Source of the DNA: a virus
Length of the DNA: 44,907 bases
Direction: 5' to 3' (one strand)
IMG/VR virus record: IMGVR_UViG_3300005826_000023
Both the position numbers and the translations under genes were made by a program. The notes under the pieces are model-generated. The model ran no database searches. It was not told where the DNA came from and saw only the letters and a program-made list of their open reading frames with translations. Below, piece by piece: positions 8,877-17,926 of the stretch (position 1 is its first letter; each line of letters opens with the position of its first letter).

Positions 8877-11384
8877 TCACTCCTCGACAGCAAAGAACTT
8901 CGCCTGCCAAGCGTCATCATGGGCTTTTATCTCGGCGAAGGTTATACCGGGGGTAAACGGCATCATCCGCTTACCCCAACCTATACCCACCTTAGCTTCG
9001 GAGGGTACAACGAATTTTTTACCAGATGGCGCTACACGTTCGTTGGCCATCATGCCGCCCACTTCTTCAATTAGCTCCAGCTTGTCAATTGGTACCTGCC
9101 CGATGATGGAATCATGCACCTGGAATAGCAAGATACCGCCGCGCTTTTCCCAGTCACTGTAGTAGATATTCTCTAGCGCCTCGTTGATATTACAAGCCGT
9201 GCCGGACTGCCCAAAGAATGCGGCCAAGTCTCGATGCACCGTGTCGTCCTTCGCCATGTCGCCAAAGAATGTGCGTGTATAGCCGCCAATGCAAGTAGCG
9301 CGATTATTATGCCGAATCGCCGTTTTAATTTCTGTCTCAATCCACGGGCGCAAACCGCGATAGAGCTTATTGAAATACACCCACAGAAGATATTCGCAGA
9401 ACTTCACGCAGCGTTTTAAATCCCAGTTACCGGCCTTATCATAGCCAAGTTGTTGCGCCGCAGCCACGACAGATTGCCGTCCCATCGTAATGAAAAGCGT
9501 GTAAGCCATCATCAGATAGTTGGCGCCGTATGTGACACGCTTTGTAATCTGGCGGACACCCTTAGTGGAATCGACCACCCAAGGTTCCTCCGCCACATAG
9601 CCCGCGTAGATATCTTCATATTTGCGGCGGAAGAACTCCGCCGCATGGACGCAGTGTGCGTCCTTATCCCCTGTCAAGTTGGCGATGTACGCTTCCTCAT
9701 CTGCATGGAATGCAGTGAAGTAGCCATCTGACTGGGCATAGTCCCGCTCGAATAGCACGTAACCTGGGTCAGCCTCCAGCATTACACGTATTGCATAGGG
9801 GACGTTTTGAATTTGGGTGCCGACATGCAGGTTGCTGTTCTTGCTGCTGTATCTGGCATTCTTGGTGCCAGTGGAATTTAGCGTGAATAGCAGGCGGTCA
9901 TTGTAAAGCCGCAGCGAACTGCCATACTTGCTGACGTTGTTGGCGGGTTTCTTTGTCGCCCATATCTGCTCAACGATGCGGGCAATCAGTGGGTGCTGGG
10001 TTTGGATAACCTTTAACACCTTCTCATCTACAGTCTTGCCCTTCCTCGGCAATGCCTTCGCACCAAGTACATCATACAGCAACTCGGCAACTTGCTGATT
10101 GGAGTTGGGATTAAACTCTGGAGTGGCTACCATCGTCCGCAGTATTTCCAACTGCTCGGCAGACTCGGCGTGGTTATCGAACTCTAGCTTTGTCTTTATC
10201 GCGTGGTTGACTCGGATGCCCCGTGTTGACATTGCCAGACTCGGGCCGGTAAACTGGCGAATTTCTTTCTTGTAGTTAATGAGCGCCCAGTCCTGCTTAG
10301 CGATGAGCGACATTATTGGCGGGACGGAGACCAGCGTGTAGTAGCAGTCTAGCGCGTTGTATCGCCAGTACCGCTCCATGCCTTTTTCGGTTGTCGGTAG
10401 CGTGCCGACTTTCACATCTTCTTTGGCGTTCTCGACGCTTTTGCCTTCATCCTTCCAGTATTGCACGTAGTCACAGCAGATACTCGCGATGAAGTCGAGG
10501 CGCTTTGGCGCTTGTTGCCAGACCGCGTGGAACGCCACGGCTGTATCCAACCACCAGTTACGTACGGGCATGTTCTCCCGCACGAAGTAGGTGGAATCAT
10601 ACAAGCCATTTTGCATTACCTTTGGCACTGAGTTATCAAGTAGTGCGGCTACCTCTGTACGTACTCGGGCTTCCACATCCGCACTTGGCCAAAATGGTTT
10701 GCCTCCCTCACTATGCCCTGTATACCACGGGATGACCCACACAGATATGCTTCCGTCACGATGCCATCCGGCGATACCCGTGCAACTAATCGTAGCGGTG
10801 TACCCGGCTCCGATTGTCTCCACATCAATTGCCAAGCATAGACATGTCGCTGCTGATTCTTTGGCGGCTTCGACTTCAGCAAGCGTTCGGCACACTTGAT
10901 AGCGAAATCTTGGTTGGGGTCGTTGTTCGCCATAGAGCCACCTCCGCAGTTTGTGTAAATCCTTTAGCATTACCCACGGTGTGTATACGTTGCCACGCAT
11001 GACAACTTGCACGATGGGTACCAAGACAAATACAGGGATACCTTCCCACGCGTAGACGCAGCCACGGCAGAGATGCAAGCTGTGCTTACCCGTTAGGTAG
11101 TATAGCGCAACCGCATCTTGCACGATGATGAAGTCTGGTTTGGCATTGCGGAGGCGCGCAAAGAACTCCGCGCGCTTACTCTCGTCCGGCACGTATTTCT
11201 TCTTGCCAACTTTCTTCTGGCAGCCAACGGTCAGCGCGTGATAGCTTGTGAGCATCGCCGGCACACGCGCCTTGCGGAAATACTTTATTTGCAAACTACG
11301 TAGCTTCTCGCTGAAGCGATTAGTAGTCAACACCGTAATCCGCCGATACAGGCAGGTGTCATTTGACAACGGCTGCGGTCTCAT
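8877..11384 (-). CDS. Family A DNA polymerase with 3'-5' exonuclease domain and a roughly 190-aa N-terminal extension, 835 aa
   Basis: Exo motifs: LAIDVET, QNGLYD, YNALD. Pol motif A RDYAQSD, motif B RQITKRVTYGANY, motif C QVHDS. GGAGGA RBS upstream. Confidence 0.92.
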   Translation of the reverse strand: MRPQPLSNDTCLYRRITVLTTNRFSEKLRSLQIKYFRKARVPAMLTSYHALTVGCQKKVGKKKYVPDESKRAEFFARLRNAKPDFIIVQDAVALYYLTGKHSLHLCRGCVYAWEGIPVFVLVPIVQVVMRGNVYTPWVMLKDLHKLRRWLYGEQRPQPRFRYQVCRTLAEVEAAKESAATCLCLAIDVETIGAGYTATISCTGIAGWHRDGSISVWVIPWYTGHSEGGKPFWPSADVEARVRTEVAALLDNSVPKVMQNGLYDSTYFVRENMPVRNWWLDTAVAFHAVWQQAPKRLDFIASICCDYVQYWKDEGKSVENAKEDVKVGTLPTTEKGMERYWRYNALDCYYTLVSVPPIMSLIAKQDWALINYKKEIRQFTGPSLAMSTRGIRVNHAIKTKLEFDNHAESAEQLEILRTMVATPEFNPNSNQQVAELLYDVLGAKALPRKGKTVDEKVLKVIQTQHPLIARIVEQIWATKKPANNVSKYGSSLRLYNDRLLFTLNSTGTKNARYSSKNSNLHVGTQIQNVPYAIRVMLEADPGYVLFERDYAQSDGYFTAFHADEEAYIANLTGDKDAHCVHAAEFFRRKYEDIYAGYVAEEPWVVDSTKGVRQITKRVTYGANYLMMAYTLFITMGRQSVVAAAQQLGYDKAGNWDLKRCVKFCEYLLWVYFNKLYRGLRPWIETEIKTAIRHNNRATCIGGYTRTFFGDMAKDDTVHRDLAAFFGQSGTACNINEALENIYYSDWEKRGGILLFQVHDSIIGQVPIDKLELIEEVGGMMANERVAPSGKKFVVPSEAKVGIGWGKRMMPFTPGITFAEIKAHDDAWQAKFFAVEE

Positions 11385-11447
11385 TCCTCATCCTCCCATT
11401 CCGCTGCCGTGTAACGGAAAGTGTTGCGTTGTTCATCCGTTGCCCTT

Positions 11448-11801
11448 CTACGGGTCAATGGAGATTATGAGCTGGCTTTTACTTACGCGACGCGCGTGCT
11501 TCATAAGGTGCGATGCAAGGTGCATTGCTTGCTCTGGATCCATTGCCATCCAATTGACCGGGGTTCCAAAGTCCAAGACAACTTTTTCGTTGTCTTTATC
11601 AGAGCCAACCGAAAAGCGAACAGCCCCATGATCGCTTGGGCCGTACATGCCGGCCGGATGGTCTCGCAACGCGCCTAAATTCTCTAGACGCGCGGCTGGC
11701 GTCATCGCATCTTCTCCAGCGCCTCTCATTTCTTTATATGCTTCGAGAAGGGATCTAGCAATTTTATTTTCCGGATTTCCGTTGTCGTGATGATTTGCCA
11801 T
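11448..11801 (-). CDS. Hypothetical protein, 117 aa
   Basis: ORF in an operon-compatible position. Confidence 0.65.
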   Translation of the reverse strand: MANHHDNGNPENKIARSLLEAYKEMRGAGEDAMTPAARLENLGALRDHPAGMYGPSDHGAVRFSVGSDKDNEKVVLDFGTPVNWMAMDPEQAMHLASHLMKHARRVSKSQLIISIDP

Positions 11802-11815
11802 ATCAATCTACCTTT

Positions 11816-12166
11816 TCATTGACGATTATTAGCGGCCGTGCCTGCAATCTGCTGCGGCAGCGGCCGCCAGAGTACCGGCCTGTCTGGCCATACGTCCCCA
11901 TCGATATATGCCCACCACTGCCCGTCGGGCCAGGTGCCCTCGTATTTGCACTTGTACGGCATCGGTGAATCCGGCCGCCATGCGAGAAACATGCCGCCGC
12001 CTTTCGGGTAATATTCGGCCGGCCTCCATCCGGCATTGCGCAATTCCCAGAATGCCGCCGCAGCCCGCTCCATTGCTGGGTGCGCCCATTCAAGGCGCTC
12101 CGCGCGTTCAGCTATTGCGGCCCTCGTCCAGCGCTCTCGCAACCCTGTCCAGTCAGGTTCGCTCAT
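11816..12166 (-). CDS. Trp-rich hypothetical protein, DUF551-like C-terminus, 116 aa
   Basis: AGGAGG RBS and an ATGA overlap with the upstream stop. C-terminus WPDGQWWAYIDGDVWPDRPVLWRPLP resembles DUF551. Confidence 0.7.
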   Translation of the reverse strand: MSEPDWTGLRERWTRAAIAERAERLEWAHPAMERAAAAFWELRNAGWRPAEYYPKGGGMFLAWRPDSPMPYKCKYEGTWPDGQWWAYIDGDVWPDRPVLWRPLPQQIAGTAANNRQ

Positions 12167-12405
12167 CCCTCGCCCTCCTTCTTTCGCATTAGTACGTTTA
12201 GCCCGGCGTCATTGTAGACACCGGTCAACAGCCAACAAGCTAACTTCACCATGTCGTCTATGTCCGTGGCCTCGTCTAAGCCGCCTATACGACAAAGTTC
12301 GCCAAATTCAGTTAACTGATTAGGGGTGAAGAGCGAGAGGACAAGCGTGAGTTTAGCCCTTCCTCGCAATGAAGTATTCGTGCGGGATTGTTTTGCTTCA
12401 CACAT
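12163..12405 (-). CDS. Hypothetical protein, 80 aa
   Basis: GGAG lies 11 nt upstream of the ATG. The 3' end carries the RBS for the next gene and is coupled to it by an ATGA overlap. Confidence 0.55.
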   Translation of the reverse strand: MCEAKQSRTNTSLRGRAKLTLVLSLFTPNQLTEFGELCRIGGLDEATDIDDMVKLACWLLTGVYNDAGLNVLMRKKEGEG

Positions 12406-12560
12406 TTTGTCAGTCGCTCCAGGATACCGAAGTAGGCCAGTGCAGACAGCTTGTCTATCTCTTTGGTAAAGATAACGACGCAGTCTAAATCAAACTCCTC
12501 GCTACCCTTGCCAAAGAGCACGAACTTGCACAGCGGTGGATGGACGCGCAGTAGCAGCAT
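12312..12560 (-). CDS. Possible hypothetical protein, 82 aa, overlapping the next ORF by 94 nt
   Basis: The protein-like sequence KFVLFGKGSEEFDLDCVVIFTKEIDKL argues for a real gene. Against it, the ATG abuts the terminator U-tract and has no RBS. Confidence 0.3.
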   Translation of the reverse strand: MLLLRVHPPLCKFVLFGKGSEEFDLDCVVIFTKEIDKLSALAYFGILERLTKCVKQNNPARILHCEEGLNSRLSSRSSPLIS

Positions 12561-12591
12561 AAAAAGACCGGGTGCCAACTGACACCCGGTC
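12561..12591 (-). terminator. Rho-independent terminator after the DUF669-like gene
   Basis: Minus strand reads GACCGGGTG-tcagttgg-CACCCGGTC followed by TTTTTAT. Confidence 0.8.
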
Positions 12592-12607
12592 CTCCGCAAT
12601 TAGCGGA

Positions 12608-13219
12608 TTACTTCCTGCCGCCGATTGCCAATCCGCCACTGCGAGCAGGCGTAGCCGGAGTTGCAGCCGCACCGGCGGAGGCGACTCCGACAGCCGCTGA
12701 GACCACGGCAGGTCGAATCTTCTGCGGGTCCAGGTTGGCATATACCTTGTCCGGGTCATCCTTATCCCGGCGATGCTTGATGCCGCCTTTGAACTCGATT
12801 TTCGATTCACCGAACTGCCGCATCAGTTGCAGGAACGTGCCCTTCCCCTGGAAACCGGCATCCTGCATGAGTGCCACCATTTGGCCGACGCTCTTGTCCA
12901 GGTCGAAAATCATGATTCGCTCCTGGTGAACCTCGCCGATGTAATCGGCCGGATTCAGCGTCTTGTCCTGGAGCGCTTCCACCGCCAGGCATTCGAGCGT
13001 CACCGACATGACAGCACGCTTTCCGCTCTTGGTGTCTTGCGTGCTCAGGTCGGAACTCTGCACACGCCAGTGGAACATCCCGACGGGAAACTGCGTATAG
13101 CCACGCCACGGGTCGACATCGGAAATATCCAGCTCTGCCAGCTCGGCAAGAGTTGCCAACTGGTCATCGCCAATCAGCACGTCCTCCAATGCCATTTCTT
13201 CTGCGGTCATTTCATTCAT
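12608..13219 (-). CDS. DUF669-like protein, putative ssDNA-binding partner of the AAA_24 ATPase, 203 aa
   Basis: ATG at 13219 has GGAGAG 6 nt upstream; the ORF-track start at 13237 is a TTG. The FPVGMFHWRVQSS...SGKRAVMSVTLE pattern and the position near the ATPase fit DUF669. Followed by its own terminator. Confidence 0.6.
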   Translation of the reverse strand: MNEMTAEEMALEDVLIGDDQLATLAELAELDISDVDPWRGYTQFPVGMFHWRVQSSDLSTQDTKSGKRAVMSVTLECLAVEALQDKTLNPADYIGEVHQERIMIFDLDKSVGQMVALMQDAGFQGKGTFLQLMRQFGESKIEFKGGIKHRRDKDDPDKVYANLDPQKIRPAVVSAAVGVASAGAAATPATPARSGGLAIGGRK

Positions 13220-13290
13220 TTGAATCTCTCCAAACAAGTTTACGGTTTTGCGGTTTGCTGTTTACTGCCATTTACGGCAGCGGCTTTTAC

Positions 13291-13581
13291 TCAGTCGTCG
13301 TTGTCCTCCTCCAAATCGTCATCGCTATCCGCGTCCATCTCGGGACCGTCGTAGTACAGCATCGAGAGCCCATTCAGCGGGTCACTCACGCCGACCACGG
13401 CGAATGCACAGCCGCCATTGATAGCTGCTACTTCATCGCCATTGAAGTTGTAGTTCATGACGTACACTTCGTCGTCCATCGGCAGCTTCATGAGTGCTAA
13501 TATGACATCGCGCACCGTCCCCAACACGTGCTCGGGCTTCCTGCGCGGCGGGTCCGGCAGCTTCTTGAATACCAAAGCCAT
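13291..13581 (-). CDS. Hypothetical protein with a strongly acidic C-terminus, 96 aa
   Basis: GAGGAG RBS. C-terminus DADSDDDLEEDNDD. Confidence 0.7.
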   Translation of the reverse strand: MALVFKKLPDPPRRKPEHVLGTVRDVILALMKLPMDDEVYVMNYNFNGDEVAAINGGCAFAVVGVSDPLNGLSMLYYDGPEMDADSDDDLEEDNDD

Positions 13582-13595
13582 CTTCTTTGCTCCTC

Positions 13596-14612
13596 TTAGC
13601 GTTTGCCAATCGTGAGCTTTGTCCGCACACGTGTTGGCTGGATTACAGGTGCTGCTTCGGTAGCCACCTGCATAGTTGCTACAGTAACCTGCTCCCGTTG
13701 CGCGATATAATCACGCTCCAGTTGCAAGTCAGCCGCAGACTCAATGTAAGGATAGACACACGGGGGCGGCAGATTGTTCATGTCGGGACGCGGAATCCCG
13801 CCCATGTCACACACTTGCCAAAATTGCGCGTCATCCCATTTGTGAACGGCAGGCGGCAGACACCGGCTCCCGGCATCCTTATCCTTGTTGCCGTCTGTGT
13901 CGATATAGAACGTGCTACCCTCCTTGTAGAGACGCAACACGTCATCGAATTCTTTGGCGAGTGTCTGCCCGTGCGGGTTGCTGGTTGACACTGGCTGGAT
14001 ACGAGAGTTGACAAGTCGGCGCGTGCGCCCCGTTCCTTTGTATTTCTCGTATGTCGTCTCGTGTGCAACTACGACAGAGTGGAATTGCCCGGCTTTTAAC
14101 TGGCCAAGAATCCAACTTGCCAAGCGCCCCACGAACCCGTACCCATCCCACTCGGGTTTGGCTGCATCCGCCAGGTCGATTTTATTCTCTTGGGAATACT
14201 GCATAACCAGACTGCGACAAAGTGCAGTCCAGCTATCCAACGCTACAACAAGGTTTGGGTTATCTCCGCCCAAATCATAGCGGTAGCTTCCTTGCGTCGG
14301 ATACAAGGATGCACGACTCGTCGCGGGATTCCAATAGAAGAAGAACCGCCGAAAGGCAACGGCAACGGCCTGCGCTGCAACAGCCCGTGTCGGATGGTCG
14401 CCGCAATTGATAACGTGGATGCGCTCCTGCGCTGCTGGCGTTAGCTGACGCAGAATTTTGGCACCTTTGTCGGCGTCGAACAGTAAGACGTCGAAGCCGG
14501 CTTCCGCCGCCGTGCCAACCCACCACGTTTTCTTGCTCTTACCTAAACCGTAGACAAGCGCACGCAGGTAGCTGCCGTCTTTGGCAGCGAGATACTCATT
14601 GAGACTTGGCAT
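13596..14612 (-). CDS. RecA-fold AAA_24 / Sak4-like ATPase, 338 aa
   Basis: YGLGKSKKT is followed by VLLFDADKG. Walker B-like VVALDSWT. ATG 14612 is preferred over the upstream TTG at 14636. Confidence 0.7.
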   Translation of the reverse strand: MPSLNEYLAAKDGSYLRALVYGLGKSKKTWWVGTAAEAGFDVLLFDADKGAKILRQLTPAAQERIHVINCGDHPTRAVAAQAVAVAFRRFFFYWNPATSRASLYPTQGSYRYDLGGDNPNLVVALDSWTALCRSLVMQYSQENKIDLADAAKPEWDGYGFVGRLASWILGQLKAGQFHSVVVAHETTYEKYKGTGRTRRLVNSRIQPVSTSNPHGQTLAKEFDDVLRLYKEGSTFYIDTDGNKDKDAGSRCLPPAVHKWDDAQFWQVCDMGGIPRPDMNNLPPPCVYPYIESAADLQLERDYIAQREQVTVATMQVATEAAPVIQPTRVRTKLTIGKR

Positions 14613-15036
14613 TGCTGCGCGCCTCAGTCTCACCAATGAGCATCGCCTGCAACTGTTCGTTCACGCGCATGTATTCTTGATACAACCGGCCGAAGATTTG
14701 TGCAGCCGCAACGGAGCAGACTGTCTGTTGCGGTTCCTCGTTAGCAAACTGGACACCGATGGTCGCGGCAAACCAGACGTTGCGGCACTCGTCCTCCGTA
14801 GTTTGCTGCGCGTCGATGACCATTACCCAGCACTGCGGTTCGTACAGGGCAACGAGCTTGTCATTGCTGTCTAAGAACGCCAACCGCACGTACTCCTCGT
14901 TCTTGTTAACAGCCGTGGCAAGCAACTTGGCATTGTGCTTGAACCTGTTGCCCGTCTCTGTCACGACAATGTACTCGCCAAAGCGATCGTGTGGAATCGG
15001 CACTTCCTCTGCGGGTGTTTTCTCACGGGTAGTCAT
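14596..15036 (-). CDS. Hypothetical protein, 146 aa
   Basis: Internal ATG with an AGGAGA RBS and an ATGA overlap with the upstream stop. Confidence 0.7.
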   Translation of the reverse strand: MTTREKTPAEEVPIPHDRFGEYIVVTETGNRFKHNAKLLATAVNKNEEYVRLAFLDSNDKLVALYEPQCWVMVIDAQQTTEDECRNVWFAATIGVQFANEEPQQTVCSVAAAQIFGRLYQEYMRVNEQLQAMLIGETEARSNAKSQ

Positions 15037-15584
15037 TGCTTGTCTCCTATGAAAATTTCTGGCACGCGATTGAAACGGTATTGCTCTTCGTTTGGCAGTA
15101 CAGAATAGCCAATGGCCTCGCACTGCTTGTCCACTTGCGGCCAGAACTTCGCCATGACATGCGGCTTTACGCCGTACAGCCTGGCAACGCCTTCGAATAA
15201 TTGGCGAAAGTTAGCAACTGGGTCTTTATCACCTTCGTATACAATTACATCCTTGACTGTATTTTCATACGTTCGGCAGCCAGCAGCATTGTACATGAAC
15301 AATGCATGGCTCTCGCGACGTGGCGTAAGAAAGCCATCGGGCGCCTGGAAACCGATGAAAAGCGGGAAGCGGAATACGCCATAGCGTTTCTTGCCTTTGT
15401 GCATTATCGTGCGCTGCTCGGCGGCCATAACGACAAGCTGATTCTCTACGGAATCTCGCGCCTCACGCAGTGCCAGTTCCTCGGCTGCGCGTTCTGGGTC
15501 ACTGGTAAGCAACTGACGCGCACGTTCTTCCTGTATCAACTGGTGCAGCATTTCGTTGAACTGGTCGTTGCTCATCTTGGCCAT
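15033..15584 (-). CDS. Hypothetical protein, 183 aa
   Basis: Internal ATG (Met47 of the ORF) preceded by GAGGAAAG. Confidence 0.7.
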   Translation of the reverse strand: MAKMSNDQFNEMLHQLIQEERARQLLTSDPERAAEELALREARDSVENQLVVMAAEQRTIMHKGKKRYGVFRFPLFIGFQAPDGFLTPRRESHALFMYNAAGCRTYENTVKDVIVYEGDKDPVANFRQLFEGVARLYGVKPHVMAKFWPQVDKQCEAIGYSVLPNEEQYRFNRVPEIFIGDKQ

Positions 15585-15847
15585 GTCTTTCCTCGACGTA
15601 TGAACTCTTCTATCCGCTGCGTATCCTTGGGAATCAAATCGCGTATTGCATCCGGTGTCGGCAGCAACAAGGCGTGCCGATTTGGCTGCTTTGCCTCTGA
15701 GTATCGACCAGCCTTCTGGCACCTAACACAAGTGCCGTTGGAATAGCGTTCACGTTCGCCACACCAACGGCACGCGCGACCTGTGTATTTCTCATTCACG
15801 CCCTGGCAGCTTACAAGCCTTCCAATTCCAACGACATGGTAAACCAC
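15572..15847 (-). CDS. Small zinc-ribbon protein (CRWC-x9-CVRC), up to 91 aa
   Basis: Two CxxC pairs. Start is uncertain; the alternative is GTG at 15799. Confidence 0.55.
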   Translation of the reverse strand: MVYHVVGIGRLVSCQGVNEKYTGRACRWCGERERYSNGTCVRCQKAGRYSEAKQPNRHALLLPTPDAIRDLIPKDTQRIEEFIRRGKTWPR

Positions 15848-16797
15848 GGCTGGAAACTATCGTCTTTTTGCGCTTCCTCGAACATCTCATTCGTACCAAA
15901 ATACGCATTGAGATAATCGTGGTCGCGTGTTTCGCAATATTGGTAGTAAGGGCAGATACCCCAATTGACGCAACTTTGTCCGTGGCGTGGAAACCAGCCG
16001 GCAGTATAGAACATCTGTAACTGCCGCAGCATCAGTGCCGCTTCTTGTGCCCACTCGGTTACATCTGCGTGCGACCGTTTGAATGTCAGCGGGCGGACCT
16101 TTGGCATTAGCGCGTCTATGTACGCTAACAGGTAGGTGATTTCAACCTCATCGAAATGCTGTCCAGTGACAGTTTCCAGGACCAACGCATATGGCAGCAT
16201 CTGCGCATCGTTGGCAAACATGGGAACATAATCGGACAGGTTTTTGGTCGTCGTCTTTACATCAATGGGGATAAACTTGTTGGCGAAGAAGTCGTACAGG
16301 ATAGCGTCGATGTACCCTATCCAAGAGACAGGGACGCATGGACTGCCATCTTCATTGAACCGGCCGTCCAGCGAAAAATTCGCAAAGAAAATTTCAAAAG
16401 GCACCTCGATAGCATAGCGTTCTTCGCTGGTGCCGTCGGCTTGCGGCACGGCTATCTTGGCAATGTTTGTATGGGCGAAGCCCTCAAACGCCATCATCTC
16501 TTGCAACGTAATGAAACAGCATTCAAGTGAACGCTGGTCCATTGGAGACTTCTGGAACTCGATAGGATAATGCTGCATCATCCGCCATAGTGCAGCATCG
16601 GCGTCATTGGTACGCAGCCATTCGTACCAGCCTTCGTGCATTGCGCTGCCGGCATTGCCAGCTAGTGACGCCTCATTTACCCGCGCTAGATTGTAGAACT
16701 TGCGGAACTCTAGCTTACGCGGGCAACTGTCAAACGTCACCTTCGAGCTATGTGACAGACGGAGATGTTGCAGGCGCGGATACAGTGAACCGGCCAT
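15811..16797 (-). CDS. PD-(D/E)XK Cas4/RecB-like exonuclease with an Fe-S type cysteine set, 328 aa
   Basis: N-terminal Cys (DSCPRK). Catalytic-type motifs GYIDAILYD ... IPIDVKTT. C-terminal CVNWGICPYYQYC. Confidence 0.8.
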   Translation of the reverse strand: MAGSLYPRLQHLRLSHSSKVTFDSCPRKLEFRKFYNLARVNEASLAGNAGSAMHEGWYEWLRTNDADAALWRMMQHYPIEFQKSPMDQRSLECCFITLQEMMAFEGFAHTNIAKIAVPQADGTSEERYAIEVPFEIFFANFSLDGRFNEDGSPCVPVSWIGYIDAILYDFFANKFIPIDVKTTTKNLSDYVPMFANDAQMLPYALVLETVTGQHFDEVEITYLLAYIDALMPKVRPLTFKRSHADVTEWAQEAALMLRQLQMFYTAGWFPRHGQSCVNWGICPYYQYCETRDHDYLNAYFGTNEMFEEAQKDDSFQPWFTMSLELEGL

Positions 16798-17351
16798 TAG
16801 CCAAAATCCAAGTCATCGATGTTCATCTCCGCAGCAAGCTTAGCGCTCTCTTCTTGGCGCTTCGTCCTGGCCACCTTGTTGGCCGTTTTCTTGCCAACTA
16901 CCAGACCGGCGCTTTTAGCGCACGCTCGCACTAGCAGGCCGATATCCTCCGGCCGTAGCATGTCCGCGAGTCTTGGGTGCCCGCGCAGGAACGTCATAGC
17001 GCGATGCACATTGGTGGAAACTTGGTCGCTGTCGATGTTGGCCGACAACTCTTGCAGCGTATGGCGCAATTCCTCCATCGCTGCTTGCAACGTCTCAGAT
17101 GTATCTGGCAGTTGGCCCGGTTCAACAACTAACTCGCCAAGTGCCTTGGCTACTACTTCGGGTTCCTGCGATTTGGGTAAGGGTTTGGCAGGTATAGTCG
17201 CAGGCGCGGAGCCCGCGGTAATTGGAATTTCGCCTTTTGTGCGTGCCATCTCTTGCTTCAGCATTTCTGTAATACTGGTACTGGATGGCTGTTCTGCCGG
17301 TTTCGGTAAGGCGTTGGCAGACCGCGTCTTTATCTTGGACAAAAGACTCAT
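16797..17351 (-). CDS. Hypothetical protein ending in an acidic/aromatic tail (NIDDLDFG), 184 aa
   Basis: ORF is coupled at both ends by ATGA and TAATG overlaps. Confidence 0.7.
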   Translation of the reverse strand: MSLLSKIKTRSANALPKPAEQPSSTSITEMLKQEMARTKGEIPITAGSAPATIPAKPLPKSQEPEVVAKALGELVVEPGQLPDTSETLQAAMEELRHTLQELSANIDSDQVSTNVHRAMTFLRGHPRLADMLRPEDIGLLVRACAKSAGLVVGKKTANKVARTKRQEESAKLAAEMNIDDLDFG

Positions 17352-17926
17352 ATGGAAATCTCGTCAAAGATGCGCGTCAGCTCCCGCATCAGTTTGAATT
17401 CGGCACCCGTCTTTTGCAGATAGACCGTAGTGACGGTAACTGTGCCGTCGGCGTCTTGCACGTTGCGCTCGTCCAGTTTGACTACAAGCATACGGAATGG
17501 CACTGGCGTCTGCTTGTAGTGCTCGCGCACCAATTGACGCAAGCGCGAAAGCTCGACGCGCATTCTGTGTACCTGCGCACGGGCCTCTTGCTCCGTGCCG
17601 TAGTACTCGAATGACCACGCAACATCTTGCTTCGCCTCCTTTAAGAAACGAAGCAACGTTGTTTTGGCCCTGTCGTTTACGCGCACAATTACTTCTCGGT
17701 TGTTGGCAAGAACTTGCGGCACTTTGGGCAAGTTATGAGACTTGACACTAGCGACAGGCCGTCGCTCCAACTGGCACGTTCCATTCGTTCTTTCTGGGTA
17801 AAGATGCCAGGCGCCGTCAGCAGCACGGCCGCTTGTCTGCCTGTGCATTTTGGCCGATGGTCCGTCTCCGACATCGGTAGATGAATCACTGGTGGCGCGT
17901 TGTTCATCTGTTGCGTGCCTCTTCAT
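17348..17926 (-). CDS. Hypothetical protein, first gene after the 18-kb terminator, 192 aa
   Basis: ATG at 17926 has a weak GGAAAG RBS. The ORF-track start at 17941 is a TTG. Confidence 0.65.
   Translation of the reverse strand: MKRHATDEQRATSDSSTDVGDGPSAKMHRQTSGRAADGAWHLYPERTNGTCQLERRPVASVKSHNLPKVPQVLANNREVIVRVNDRAKTTLLRFLKEAKQDVAWSFEYYGTEQEARAQVHRMRVELSRLRQLVREHYKQTPVPFRMLVVKLDERNVQDADGTVTVTTVYLQKTGAEFKLMRELTRIFDEISI

Noticed and set aside
7510-11384. Z-genome (2-aminoadenine) cluster, suggested by MazG plus PolA plus a nucleotide kinase
   Set aside because: There is no PurZ/adenylosuccinate-synthetase-like ORF (no GDEGKG-type P-loop protein of about 350 aa). There is no HD-domain dATPase either.
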